From a virus, in the IMG/VR virus record IMGVR_UViG_3300022927_001696, positions 27,581 through 91,580 of that record: a DNA stretch of 64,000 nt; one strand, given 5' to 3'. Made by a program: the position numbers and the translations under genes. This document shows positions 30,836 through 41,036 of the stretch, in pieces; position 1 is the stretch's first letter, and each line of letters opens with the position of its first letter. The notes under the pieces were generated by a model that was not told where the DNA came from, searched no databases, and was given only the letters and a program-made list of their open reading frames with translations.

Positions 30836-31485
30836 TTAAAAGATATGTATTAGGATTCGCTACAGCAATATTATTACTATTATTAAGTTTTAAAGTATCA
30901 GCACTTGATGTTGGTTTGGGTATAGAGGAAGATGACGGCGATATAGAAATTGATTTAAGTCTTGATTGGGCAAATGAAGTTGGCCCATGGCAATCAATTG
31001 TAGAATTCGATCATGTAACAGAAGAATCTCAAGGAGAAGAGAAAACAAATTTAACATATTTAAATTTAAAACAAAATTATCAGTATAGTGATAAAATATA
31101 TGTTATAGGAATAGTGCAGTTCGATACAGATAAATTTAGGGAAGACTACAAAACAAGATCAGTAATTGGTGGTGGTATAGGTTATAAAATTTATAAATCA
31201 GATAGAATAAAAATTAGTAACGAATTTTCTGTTGCATATTTAGAAAGTGATATTACAGAAGAAATATATAGAAATAGTTTATGGGCATCTTTTAAACTTG
31301 CAGAAAAGATAAATGCATCTAATAAGTTTTTATATGAGTCTGGCGATGAGCCCTATAAAAGAAATGAATTTGAAATAGATTATCAACTAACAGAAAATAT
31401 GTTTATTGGATTATCATGGAGGAAAATACAAGAAGGATTAAAAGACAGAGATACAAAATCTTTAACTTTCAAAATTAAATTTTAA
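30832..31485 (+). CDS. DUF481-like outer-membrane beta-barrel protein
   Basis: Signal peptide, alternating amphipathic strands, GGGIGYK motif, C-terminal LTFKIKF. Confidence 0.7.
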   Translation: MIKRYVLGFATAILLLLLSFKVSALDVGLGIEEDDGDIEIDLSLDWANEVGPWQSIVEFDHVTEESQGEEKTNLTYLNLKQNYQYSDKIYVIGIVQFDTDKFREDYKTRSVIGGGIGYKIYKSDRIKISNEFSVAYLESDITEEIYRNSLWASFKLAEKINASNKFLYESGDEPYKRNEFEIDYQLTENMFIGLSWRKIQEGLKDRDTKSLTFKIKF

Positions 31486-33017
31486 TGAGCATATATGATC
31501 AAGCCGCAGATAAGGCCAAAGAACAATTAGATGCCATAAGCGATACAATGTGTTACGCAAAATGGACACAGGTGTCTATGCATTTAACAAATGGCAAAAC
31601 ACATAGTTGCTATCATCCTCCTACACATGATATAGATGTAGAAGAACTAGAGAATAATCCTTCAGCATTACATAATACAGCAGAAAAGAAAGAACAACGT
31701 AGACAAATGTTAGCAGGTGAACGACCTGAAGGTTGTAGTTACTGTTGGCGTATAGAAGATGTAGGCGGTAGAAGTGATAGAGTTTATCGTAGTGGTGAAT
31801 ACTGGGCACAAAACGCCAGAGAAGAAATATCAGAAGCAGGTGCAGACGGAAATATAAATCCACGTTATGTAGAAGTAAACTTTAACCAAGCCTGTAATTT
31901 TAAATGCTCATATTGTTCTCCTCATTTAAGTAATAGTTGGGAAAAAGAGATTAAAGAATTTGGTGCATACAAGATAATAGATGGTGAGCATAACAATTTA
32001 GAAAGTTTAAGTAATCAGAGATTACTACCACAAAAATTAGCACAAGGGGAAAATCCATACGTTACAGCATTTTGGAAATGGTGGCCTGAATTATACAAAA
32101 CATTAGAAGTATTTCGTATGACTGGGGGCGAGCCATTAATGGATAGTAATACATTTAAGGTTCTAGACTATGTGTATGAAAATCCAAATGCCTGGTTGGA
32201 GATGTCATTAACATCGAACATGGTACCACCTAAACCTATCTTAATGGATATGTTTATAGAGAAACTACAAAGATTAGAAGAGATACAAATTTGGGAAGAT
32301 CCAGAAAAGTTTAATCCAAACTCTGGAAATAACTGGTATGTAGCACCAGCATGTAAGAACTTTGCCACGTTTGTAAGTGTAGATGGTTACGGTGTACAAG
32401 CAGAGTATATGCGTACAGGTATGGATTTTTCAGTGCTACAAAAAAATGTAAAACGTATATTATCAGAAACAGATAATAGTACTATAACATTTATTAATAC
32501 GTTCAATGTGTTAAGTCTTACAAGTTTACGTGACTATTTACAATGGATATTAGACTTGCGAGATGAGTATGCTAAAGACAGACAAGGTATAAAATATATA
32601 CCTATACCAGATAATGGTGATCATAAACATGATGATTATGAAATAAGACCCAAACAAAGAATATGGTTTGATATTCCTTTACTAAGAGCACCTTTATGGC
32701 AATGTATACAAATATTACCTGAGTACTATCAAAGTTATTTAGAAGAAGCAATAGCATTTATGGAAATGAATCAAGCAGATGAAGTAAATATAGACTATAG
32801 AGGATTTAAAGACTTTGAGATAGACAAAGTTAGACGTAATTTAGAATGGATGAAAGCAGGTTCTAAAATGGAAAAAGAAGAAGTTATCAAAGCAAGAGCA
32901 AATTTTTATAAATTTTTTACGCAACATGACGAAAGAAGAAGCACAGATTTTTTAAGCACATTTCCTGAAATGGAAGACTGGTGGCAAATTTGTAAAGAGG
33001 CAGAGGCAATGGTATGA
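31485..33017 (+). CDS. Radical SAM protein with N-terminal twitch domain (#1)
   Basis: CYAKW...SCYHPP...CSYCW, then CNFKCSYC and TGGEP. Confidence 0.9.
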   Translation: MSIYDQAADKAKEQLDAISDTMCYAKWTQVSMHLTNGKTHSCYHPPTHDIDVEELENNPSALHNTAEKKEQRRQMLAGERPEGCSYCWRIEDVGGRSDRVYRSGEYWAQNAREEISEAGADGNINPRYVEVNFNQACNFKCSYCSPHLSNSWEKEIKEFGAYKIIDGEHNNLESLSNQRLLPQKLAQGENPYVTAFWKWWPELYKTLEVFRMTGGEPLMDSNTFKVLDYVYENPNAWLEMSLTSNMVPPKPILMDMFIEKLQRLEEIQIWEDPEKFNPNSGNNWYVAPACKNFATFVSVDGYGVQAEYMRTGMDFSVLQKNVKRILSETDNSTITFINTFNVLSLTSLRDYLQWILDLRDEYAKDRQGIKYIPIPDNGDHKHDDYEIRPKQRIWFDIPLLRAPLWQCIQILPEYYQSYLEEAIAFMEMNQADEVNIDYRGFKDFEIDKVRRNLEWMKAGSKMEKEEVIKARANFYKFFTQHDERRSTDFLSTFPEMEDWWQICKEAEAMV

Positions 33018-33265
33018 ATACAAAAGTAATAATTGACGCACTTAAAGAAGGAGTTGTAACAGTTGTATTCGAAAAAATAGATACAGGCGAAATAAGAACA
33101 ATGCCTTGCACATTAAATAATAAAATATCAGGGACAAGTATGACAATAAAAGATTACAGTAGTCCTGATACTTTAGTAATGTATGGCTTAGATGTAAAAG
33201 CATGGAGAGATGTAAGGGTAGATACTATACAAGATTGGTATGAAGGATATCCAAAGGAGAAATAA
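33014..33265 (+). CDS. Small WYL-like/SH3-fold phage protein
   Basis: VVTVVFEKIDTGEIRTMPCTL...DVKAWRDVRVD, typical of T4-like phage small proteins. Confidence 0.6.
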   Translation: MNTKVIIDALKEGVVTVVFEKIDTGEIRTMPCTLNNKISGTSMTIKDYSSPDTLVMYGLDVKAWRDVRVDTIQDWYEGYPKEK

Positions 33266-34929
33266 TGGGAAGAAGGCAAGGCGAAAGTCACAGAGAATAT
33301 AAAGCAAGGATGATAGATCCTGTTTCAGAATCCTTTTGTGGTGCTAAGTGGTACAATGCTACCATATGGCTAGGACACGGCGGAACAACCAGTTGTCACC
33401 ATCCACCTGCACACCAAATTGATTTAGAAGAGATTAAAACTAATCCTTCTGCGATTCATAACACACGTCATAAAAAGAAAATGCGTGATATGATGCAGAA
33501 AGGTGATAGACCTAAAGAGTGTGAGTACTGTTGGAAGATAGAAGACATGGAAAAAGACTCTGATGGTAATGAGCCTGTAAGTGATAGAGTTTACAAAACA
33601 GTTATATATGAAGATGAAGATTTACATACTGCGGCAACATTAGACCCGCAGTTTGATGTAAACTTAAAAACATTGGAAATAGCATTTAATAGAACTTGCC
33701 AATTAGCATGTAGTTATTGTAACCCAGCATTCTCCTCTACATGGGTAAAAGACATTAGAACTAATGGAGGTTATCAAGGAATTAAGAGTGATGCAAGAGG
33801 TCATTTTATCGACGATGCCCCCTACGCCGAACCATTTGATGAAGGGCAAGCCAACCCTTATGTGGATGCCTTCTGGAGATGGTGGCCAGAACTTAGTAAA
33901 GATTTAGAAGAAATCAGAGTTACAGGTGGAGAACCACTTATGACTCCTGACATTTATCAGTTGTTTGATTGGTTTGAAACAACAGACGAGCCAAATAAAG
34001 ATAATATGAGATTTGCTATTAATAGTAATTTAATGGCAAAGAAAAGTTTACTAGACAAACTTATAGCAGGTACACAAAATATTAATAGATTCCATTTATA
34101 TTCTAGTTGCGAAGCAATGGGCAAACAAGCAGAATATATCAGAGATGGATTAGATTGGGATACCTGGACACAAAATTTTGAAAGAATATGTAGCGAAGCA
34201 AATATTGAAGGACTACATATGATGATGACAATCAATGCACTATGTTTAGATACCATAGTGGAATTTTTAGATTGGATGCTAGGAATGAAACGTAAATACG
34301 GTCATAATCGTCCTGGATTTACCTGTAACATTTTACGTTTCCCTAGTTTCCAATCGCCTTTAACATTGCCTGACAACTTGCGTAAATTATATCACGACGA
34401 GATAAGTGCTTGGTTAGATGGAGTCAGAGAACGTGAAGAAAAGGATAAAGACGGATTACTACTAGTGCAACCTTGGGAACAAGACCAATTAACAAGACTA
34501 ATAGAATACTTAGATGTTGTTAAGACTCCACATAGAAATACTGCTGACAAAGAACTATTAGAACATGATTTTAAATTATTTTATGAGCAATATGATGCTA
34601 GAAGAGGGTATAACTTTAAAGAAACATTTCCAAGACTTGCAGAATTTTATGATAATATAAAGATTATGTCAATAGGAGACAATGAATTAGACGTACAAGC
34701 ACCTAAAACACACGGTGTTACTGATAGTTTATATGCTAAACGTATTGTTACAGAAGACGGTGAAGTAAAAGTAGTTGAAATGAAAATGCGAGGAAGAGAA
34801 ACAGGTGAAAGTCAAGATAACTACGACGATGAAAAGTATGCTGATGATGAAAGAAAAAATAAAACTGGCAGTAGTATTGGTTGGGACACTGAAACAGATG
34901 GGTTAGGCGGAGAAGTAGGCAATGATTGA
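33265..34929 (+). CDS. Radical SAM protein with N-terminal twitch domain (#2), acidic C-terminal tail
   Basis: CGAKW...SCHHPP...CEYCW, then CQLACSYC and TGGEP; close paralog of #1. Confidence 0.9.
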   Translation: MGRRQGESHREYKARMIDPVSESFCGAKWYNATIWLGHGGTTSCHHPPAHQIDLEEIKTNPSAIHNTRHKKKMRDMMQKGDRPKECEYCWKIEDMEKDSDGNEPVSDRVYKTVIYEDEDLHTAATLDPQFDVNLKTLEIAFNRTCQLACSYCNPAFSSTWVKDIRTNGGYQGIKSDARGHFIDDAPYAEPFDEGQANPYVDAFWRWWPELSKDLEEIRVTGGEPLMTPDIYQLFDWFETTDEPNKDNMRFAINSNLMAKKSLLDKLIAGTQNINRFHLYSSCEAMGKQAEYIRDGLDWDTWTQNFERICSEANIEGLHMMMTINALCLDTIVEFLDWMLGMKRKYGHNRPGFTCNILRFPSFQSPLTLPDNLRKLYHDEISAWLDGVREREEKDKDGLLLVQPWEQDQLTRLIEYLDVVKTPHRNTADKELLEHDFKLFYEQYDARRGYNFKETFPRLAEFYDNIKIMSIGDNELDVQAPKTHGVTDSLYAKRIVTEDGEVKVVEMKMRGRETGESQDNYDDEKYADDERKNKTGSSIGWDTETDGLGGEVGND

Positions 34930-35686
34930 TCTTTATGCTAATATAGGCATGGCACATGAATGTGATTGGCAAGTCATAAAATCTAGAGTGGTAGCGGCGG
35001 CACAATGTAATGCTGATGCCGTAATAATGACAAAATCTACACCTAGAATTGCAATTCCGGAACACAAAAAATATGTTAGTATTCAGAGCAAGTGGGGAAA
35101 TTTACCATATATAGAAGTCGCCGAGCAAAGTGAAGTTGATGACCTTGTAATTAAAAAATTTAATGATTTAACAAAACAAATTGGTATACCGGTAATATGG
35201 TGTATAACAGATTCAGAAGCAGGAGGTTGGGTAAAAGAAAAAACAGATTGCCAGCATGTTAAAATACATTACGATTTTAAAAATGATAAAGAAACAATAG
35301 ATTATGCTATTAACAATTTTAAACAAATTATCTTATCAGGAGATAGTATTTGGAAGGATTACTGTATTAAATTATGTAAAAACGTAAGAGATCGCCAAAA
35401 CTTCTCTTTTTACCATACAACAAGTAAATTCCCTTCTCAAATAGAAGAACTAAATTTAAATCATATGAGAACATTTACTAAATTATCAGATTTCAAAATA
35501 GGATATGAAGGCAGATGTAATGGTATTTTTCCAGATTGTTCTGTAGTATTTAAAGATGTAGATTTTATAGAAAAATATTTAGGTGATAATGATACAGAAA
35601 ATTCTGTATTATTGAATCATCAAGAATTTTATGATTTTTTTGTAAATATGAATCAATTAGAAGTTGCAAATGGCAAAAAAGATTAG
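34922..35686 (+). CDS. NeuB/N-acetylneuraminate synthase-like protein, degenerate
   Basis: YANIGMAH...AAAQCNADAV, HTTSKFP...ELNL, IGYEG and FIEKY align with NeuB motifs but carry substitutions. Confidence 0.65.
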   Translation: MIDLYANIGMAHECDWQVIKSRVVAAAQCNADAVIMTKSTPRIAIPEHKKYVSIQSKWGNLPYIEVAEQSEVDDLVIKKFNDLTKQIGIPVIWCITDSEAGGWVKEKTDCQHVKIHYDFKNDKETIDYAINNFKQIILSGDSIWKDYCIKLCKNVRDRQNFSFYHTTSKFPSQIEELNLNHMRTFTKLSDFKIGYEGRCNGIFPDCSVVFKDVDFIEKYLGDNDTENSVLLNHQEFYDFFVNMNQLEVANGKKD

Positions 35687-37076
35687 ACCTAAATGGGAAC
35701 ACGGGCAAATGAGCCCAGACTCAGAAAACAAAGTTTTTTGTACTGCACCTTGGACCCACACATATATTTCTCCTCAGTCAGAGAGGCGTATGTGCTGTGC
35801 CTCCCGCGAAGATCACATGATGCAAAAGCAATATATAGATGCCAGTAATGACGAAAGTACAGGAATGTTTAGACCAGTAGGAACAATGGCAGACTATAAA
35901 CCAGTAACACTAAAAGAACACTGGAACTCAGCATATATGATGGACATAAGAAAGAAACTTATGGCAGGTGAGGAAATACCACAATGTAATGTTTGTAACG
36001 ATAGTGTGTTAAGCCAAAGTACATATAGACAATGGTTTACCGGTTACTTGTTTGAAAATAAAATAGATCAATGTTTTGAGGAGACAGACGAAAATGGATA
36101 TACTACAATGGAACCTATCTCTTTTGATTATAGGGTTAGTAATTTATGCAATTTTAAATGCCGTATGTGTGGTGAGCCGCTCAGCTCAGCATGGGAGGCC
36201 GAGAAGCGAAAGCATAATCAATGGTCGCCTGAAAACCAGCCGTTCATGGTTCCAGAGAATAAAAAGATAATAGACAAGTTTCAAAAGGAAGTAGTAGAAG
36301 AAGAATTTTGGGAATATATTTGTTCAGGAACAGTTGAAGAATTGTACTGGGTAGGCGGCGAACCATTAATGTATGATATACATTGGCGAGCAATGGATAG
36401 ACTAGCACAAGATGATAATCTTAAAAAAGTACATTTAAGATATAACAGTAATTTAAGTCGTGTGAGATTTAAAGACTATTACTTATACGATTGGTTACCA
36501 CAAGCAAAAGACTGGACAATGTGTGCAAGTATAGACGGCACGGGTTGGATAGGAGAGTTTATTCGTACAGGTCTTAATTGGGAAGAGTGGGATAAAAATT
36601 TCAGAGAAGGCGTGGCATTACCCGGTGGTAAAGATAAAATGTTAATGGATCTAACACTTACAGGTCCTGGTATGCTAGACTTAAAAAACTTTTTTGACTA
36701 TGCATTAGAACTAGATGTTAAAATAGAAACAAAACGTATGTTTGCATTTCATAGTGATATAGTTTTTAGTCCTATGGCATGGCCTAGACATATATTAGAT
36801 CGTATTATACATGAAAACTTAGACTATATACGCCCACGTGCAACAGATAAACAACAAACTCTAATAAATGAATTAGAAAATATGCTCACAGTTCCTAATT
36901 TTGAGGAACAATGGCCAGAAGAACATGAAGAAAATTTCTTTAGAGGCAGAGGGTGGCAAAGAAAAATTGCTGAGATGAGACCAGACCAAAAGTATACAAT
37001 TGAAGATGTTTATAAACTAGATGATCAATTATATGATTGGTGGATGAAAATAGATAAAAAGCATAACCAAAGATAA
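35670..37076 (+). CDS. Radical SAM protein with N-terminal twitch domain (#3)
   Basis: FCTAPW...MCC...CNVC, then CNFKCRMC and GGEP. ATG at 35670 preferred to TTG at 35664. Confidence 0.9.
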   Translation: MAKKIRPKWEHGQMSPDSENKVFCTAPWTHTYISPQSERRMCCASREDHMMQKQYIDASNDESTGMFRPVGTMADYKPVTLKEHWNSAYMMDIRKKLMAGEEIPQCNVCNDSVLSQSTYRQWFTGYLFENKIDQCFEETDENGYTTMEPISFDYRVSNLCNFKCRMCGEPLSSAWEAEKRKHNQWSPENQPFMVPENKKIIDKFQKEVVEEEFWEYICSGTVEELYWVGGEPLMYDIHWRAMDRLAQDDNLKKVHLRYNSNLSRVRFKDYYLYDWLPQAKDWTMCASIDGTGWIGEFIRTGLNWEEWDKNFREGVALPGGKDKMLMDLTLTGPGMLDLKNFFDYALELDVKIETKRMFAFHSDIVFSPMAWPRHILDRIIHENLDYIRPRATDKQQTLINELENMLTVPNFEEQWPEEHEENFFRGRGWQRKIAEMRPDQKYTIEDVYKLDDQLYDWWMKIDKKHNQR

Positions 37077-37095
37077 ATTTCTTTATCAAAAAACC

Positions 37096-37104
37096 TGATA
37101 AATA
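37096..37104 (+). promoter_or_regulatory. Late promoter (TGATAAATA)
   Basis: Intergenic, upstream of AGGAG (37129-37133) and ATG 37140. Confidence 0.65.
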
Positions 37105-37139
37105 TAACTGTATTTAATACAACACAACAGGAGATAAAG

Positions 37140-38462
37140 ATGGCCTCAGTCGGATTTATCGGTGTAGGTAAGTTAGGACAAGCCTGTGCCGAGATGGTCG
37201 CTGAAGTACATGATGTTGTTGGGTATGATGTTAATCCTGTAGAGCCTGAAAACTTTGCAATGGTAGACAGTATAGCAGATGCTGTACATGGTAGAGATAT
37301 TGTTTTTATAGCAGTACCTACACCGCATGACCCACAATATGATGGAAAAGCACCAACCAGCCATTTACCTAATAAGGACTTTGACTATTCATTGGTCAAG
37401 CAAGTACTTAGTGAAGTAAATGCGGTTGCAACAAAAGACCAATTAGTAGTCCTTATATCAACAGTACTCCCTGGAACAACCAGACGTGAGTTTATTGATT
37501 TAATTCCAAATGCCCGATTCGTTTATAATCCATATCTTATTGCTATGGGTACAGTAAAGTGGGATATGGTAAATCCAGAAATGGTAATGATAGGAACAGA
37601 AGATGGAAGTGAAACAGGTGATGCAAAAGAACTTGTTGACTTTTATAAAACAATAATGCAGAACGAACCAAGATACATTATAGGTACTTGGGACGAAACA
37701 GAATGTATAAAAGTATTTTACAATACATTTATTAGTGCTAAAGTAAGTCTAGTAAACATGATACAAGACGTTGCGGAAAACTTAGGCAACATAAACGCAG
37801 AAGTAGTTTGCGATGCACTTGCACAAAGTGACAGACGTATTATGGGACCAGGTTATATGAAACCAGGTATGGGCGATGGGGGTGCTTGTCATCCAAGAGA
37901 TAATATCGCTTTACGTTGGATGGCTGAAGAACTTGACCTAGGATATGACTTGTTTGATGCTGTGATGTTATCAAGAGAAAAACAAGCAGAAAACATGGCT
38001 AATAGACTTTGCGAACTTGCAGAAGGAGATTTTCATCCTACAACAAGAACAATGATAGGTGCATTGCCAGTAATTATTGTTGGTAAAGCATACAAACCAT
38101 TAGTAGAATATGAAGCCGGTTCGGCAAGTATGTTAGTAGGCCACTATGTACAAAATCGTGGTCATGAATTACATTACTTAGACGAAAAAACCGGAGATAT
38201 GCCTCCGCAATCAGTATTAGATAAACCTGCTGTATATTTACTTGCACATAATCCTGGCATAACATATGGTGATCAATTAGATACTGTACCAGGCTGGTAT
38301 GGTGATCATAAAGTTACAGACTGTGATGATGCATTAGTATCAACAGGTAATGGTACAGAGTTAAACTTTGCTTCAGGTAGTATTGTAGTTGACCCATGGA
38401 GAAAAACTCCAGACATAGAAGGTGTTAAAGTAATTCATTACGGAAATACTAGAGGAAAATAG
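37140..38462 (+). CDS. ugd: UDP-glucose/GDP-mannose dehydrogenase family protein
   Basis: GFIGVGKLG Rossmann motif, FIAVPTP, STVLPGT, KVFYNTF, catalytic GGACHPRD. Confidence 0.88.
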   Translation: MASVGFIGVGKLGQACAEMVAEVHDVVGYDVNPVEPENFAMVDSIADAVHGRDIVFIAVPTPHDPQYDGKAPTSHLPNKDFDYSLVKQVLSEVNAVATKDQLVVLISTVLPGTTRREFIDLIPNARFVYNPYLIAMGTVKWDMVNPEMVMIGTEDGSETGDAKELVDFYKTIMQNEPRYIIGTWDETECIKVFYNTFISAKVSLVNMIQDVAENLGNINAEVVCDALAQSDRRIMGPGYMKPGMGDGGACHPRDNIALRWMAEELDLGYDLFDAVMLSREKQAENMANRLCELAEGDFHPTTRTMIGALPVIIVGKAYKPLVEYEAGSASMLVGHYVQNRGHELHYLDEKTGDMPPQSVLDKPAVYLLAHNPGITYGDQLDTVPGWYGDHKVTDCDDALVSTGNGTELNFASGSIVVDPWRKTPDIEGVKVIHYGNTRGK

Positions 38463-38463
38463 G

Positions 38464-39798
38464 ATGTCAGAACCTAGATATTGCAGTTTACTTTGGGCAC
38501 ATATCAGTAATGAGCCTTTGGGTCATGTTAGAACATGTTGTATAGCAAAAGAGCGAGTCAAAGATGACGAAGGTAATGACTTTACACTGGGTTCAACATC
38601 TGTAAGAGACATTTTTCATAGTGAATTTTATAAAAAAATAAGACAAGACATAAGAGAAGGAAAACTTCCAGAAAATTGTGAACCTTGTTGGCGAGAAGAA
38701 GATAACGGAAAAAAATCTAAAAGACAAATTTATAATGAATATGCTGAATGGAGATTTGACCCTATAGATTATTCTAAAGAACCTGACATGCCTCAAGATA
38801 TGCAACTTATTTTAAGTACTACATGTAATTTAAAATGTAGAAGTTGTAATCCAAACTACAGTAGTAAATGGGTTAAAGAAGCAGATGCAAGAGGTCTTCC
38901 TTATTTTAAAGAAAAAGTTACAATCCCAATGGATGACCCTGAAAAGTCAAAGTTTTGGACTGAAATAGATGATTGGTTACCACATATTAGAAATCTAGAA
39001 ATTATGGGCGGTGAGCCTCTGTACATGAAAGAGTTCAAATCCTTTGCAAATAAATTAATAGATCAGAATATTGCACCTAAAGTAGGTTTAAGTTTTAGTA
39101 CAAATGGAACTATGGCAGGTGGAGAATTTTTTGAGAGAATTATAGATAATTTTAAATCTGTATCTTTTAATGTAAGTATAGATGCCGCTGAAAAGAAAAG
39201 ATTTGACTATTTAAGACACGGTGCTGATTGGAACGAAGTAGAAAAAAATTTAGACACAATTCACAGTATGATTGGTCAGGGGAATGTTTTTGCTGGAATC
39301 ACATGTACAGTAACAGCACTAAATGTTATGTATCTTACAGAAATGCATAAAGAGTTTAACGAAAGATGGCCTAAATTTCATATATTTCATAATATAGCAA
39401 ATTTACCTAGTTGGTATAACCCTAATGTGTTCCCAAATGAAATGAAAGAAGATATTGTTAAACCGTTAAGGGAAGGATTAGAAAATAATGTTTTTAAAAC
39501 AGATCATGCTATTTCAGAAATAACAGGTATAATAAATCATTCCATAGCACCCAGAGAAGATGTAATAAGACCATATGGCAATCAGCCTACAGATACAATA
39601 GAAAATGAAATTGCTGTACGTTGGAATATGTTTAGAAAGCAAGTAGTTGCTGGTGATGAATATAGAGATGAAGATTTTAGAGATGTATTTCCTGAGCTTT
39701 GGGAAATCGTAAAAGAGGATTTCTTTTATAGTAAATTATATGAAAGAGCAAAGGCAGACCCAATGTACGGTGCAATTGATAAGGGAACATTTATATAA
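38464..39798 (+). CDS. Radical SAM protein with N-terminal twitch domain (#4)
   Basis: YCSLLW...TCC...CEPC, then CNLKCRSC and GGEP. Confidence 0.9.
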   Translation: MSEPRYCSLLWAHISNEPLGHVRTCCIAKERVKDDEGNDFTLGSTSVRDIFHSEFYKKIRQDIREGKLPENCEPCWREEDNGKKSKRQIYNEYAEWRFDPIDYSKEPDMPQDMQLILSTTCNLKCRSCNPNYSSKWVKEADARGLPYFKEKVTIPMDDPEKSKFWTEIDDWLPHIRNLEIMGGEPLYMKEFKSFANKLIDQNIAPKVGLSFSTNGTMAGGEFFERIIDNFKSVSFNVSIDAAEKKRFDYLRHGADWNEVEKNLDTIHSMIGQGNVFAGITCTVTALNVMYLTEMHKEFNERWPKFHIFHNIANLPSWYNPNVFPNEMKEDIVKPLREGLENNVFKTDHAISEITGIINHSIAPREDVIRPYGNQPTDTIENEIAVRWNMFRKQVVAGDEYRDEDFRDVFPELWEIVKEDFFYSKLYERAKADPMYGAIDKGTFI

Positions 39799-41036
39799 TG
39801 AGTAATACTTTTTGTCCGCTACCTTGGATGCATTTAGGAACACACCCACATGGTGGTGTTACTCCTTGTTGTATTTCTGATATGACTGCCGGCAAGAATA
39901 GAGCCAGGAACTACACTGATCAAGGTGATGAGTTCTATAATTTAAATGATCACAATATTGATACACATATGAACAGTGATTATTTTAAAGAAATTAGATT
40001 GGAGATGTTAAATGATGTGGAGCCTAAAGCATGTAAAAGATGCTACGATGAAGAAAGAAAAGGAATTAAGAGCAAACGTGTCCACGAGTCCGAGGTATAT
40101 AAGGACTTTGACGCCGATTACTCATCCAGAATTACAAGTGAGGATGGTAGCATACCTATGGATCTTCGCTTTGTTGAGTTGCGTCTTGGTAACGTATGTA
40201 ATGTCCGCTGTCGCACTTGTAATCCAGCAAGTAGTTCGAGGTGGGTGGCAGACTATAAAAAGATTGTTGACTCGCTAGATTTTGTAAATGATGGATACAG
40301 TTGGTTAGATCACAAACACGATTTTCAATGGCCAGAAGATGAAAACTTTTATGAGGATTTATTTGAATGTGCACCTAACATGGAAGTTTTATATATAAAT
40401 GGTGGGGAACCAACACTAATTAAAGCACATTGGAATTACTTACGCAAATTAGTTGATAGTGGTCGTAGTAAAAATATTATATTGTGGTATAATATTAATA
40501 TGACAAACTTACCTAATGAAGCAATTCCGCTTTGGAAAGAATTCAAAGAGGCCAGAGTCTGTCCTAGTATAGACGATCTGGAACACAGAAACAAATATAT
40601 CAGATTTCCTACAGAATGGTCAGATGTAGAAAAGAATTTAGATACTGTAATAAATGTACCTGAACTCACTGTGAGAATAACACAAACAGTAAGTGCATAC
40701 AGTTACATTTATTTAGACGAGTTTTTAAACTGGGCACCATGCCCAGTTGATATGAACTTTGTATATGACCCTGATTACCTATCGCCTGGAATATTACCTC
40801 CTGTCGTGAGACACGAGGCCCATGCCAAGTTTAGAAAAACGATGGGTAACAGACATGAACTCGGAACATTGTTGAGCATGTATGATAACGATGATTGGGA
40901 TGAAGTTAAATGGGAACACTTTTGTCGGTACAATGACGAGTTAGATAAGATACGCCAACACGAAAATGGTTGGAGAGAAATTTTTCCTGAACTAATAGCA
41001 CTTTTAGATAAACATGGAGTAAAACATGCATATTAG
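39798..41036 (+). CDS. Radical SAM protein with N-terminal twitch domain (#5)
   Basis: FCPLPW...PCC...CKRC, then CNVRCRTC and GGEP. Confidence 0.9.
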   Translation: MSNTFCPLPWMHLGTHPHGGVTPCCISDMTAGKNRARNYTDQGDEFYNLNDHNIDTHMNSDYFKEIRLEMLNDVEPKACKRCYDEERKGIKSKRVHESEVYKDFDADYSSRITSEDGSIPMDLRFVELRLGNVCNVRCRTCNPASSSRWVADYKKIVDSLDFVNDGYSWLDHKHDFQWPEDENFYEDLFECAPNMEVLYINGGEPTLIKAHWNYLRKLVDSGRSKNIILWYNINMTNLPNEAIPLWKEFKEARVCPSIDDLEHRNKYIRFPTEWSDVEKNLDTVINVPELTVRITQTVSAYSYIYLDEFLNWAPCPVDMNFVYDPDYLSPGILPPVVRHEAHAKFRKTMGNRHELGTLLSMYDNDDWDEVKWEHFCRYNDELDKIRQHENGWREIFPELIALLDKHGVKHAY

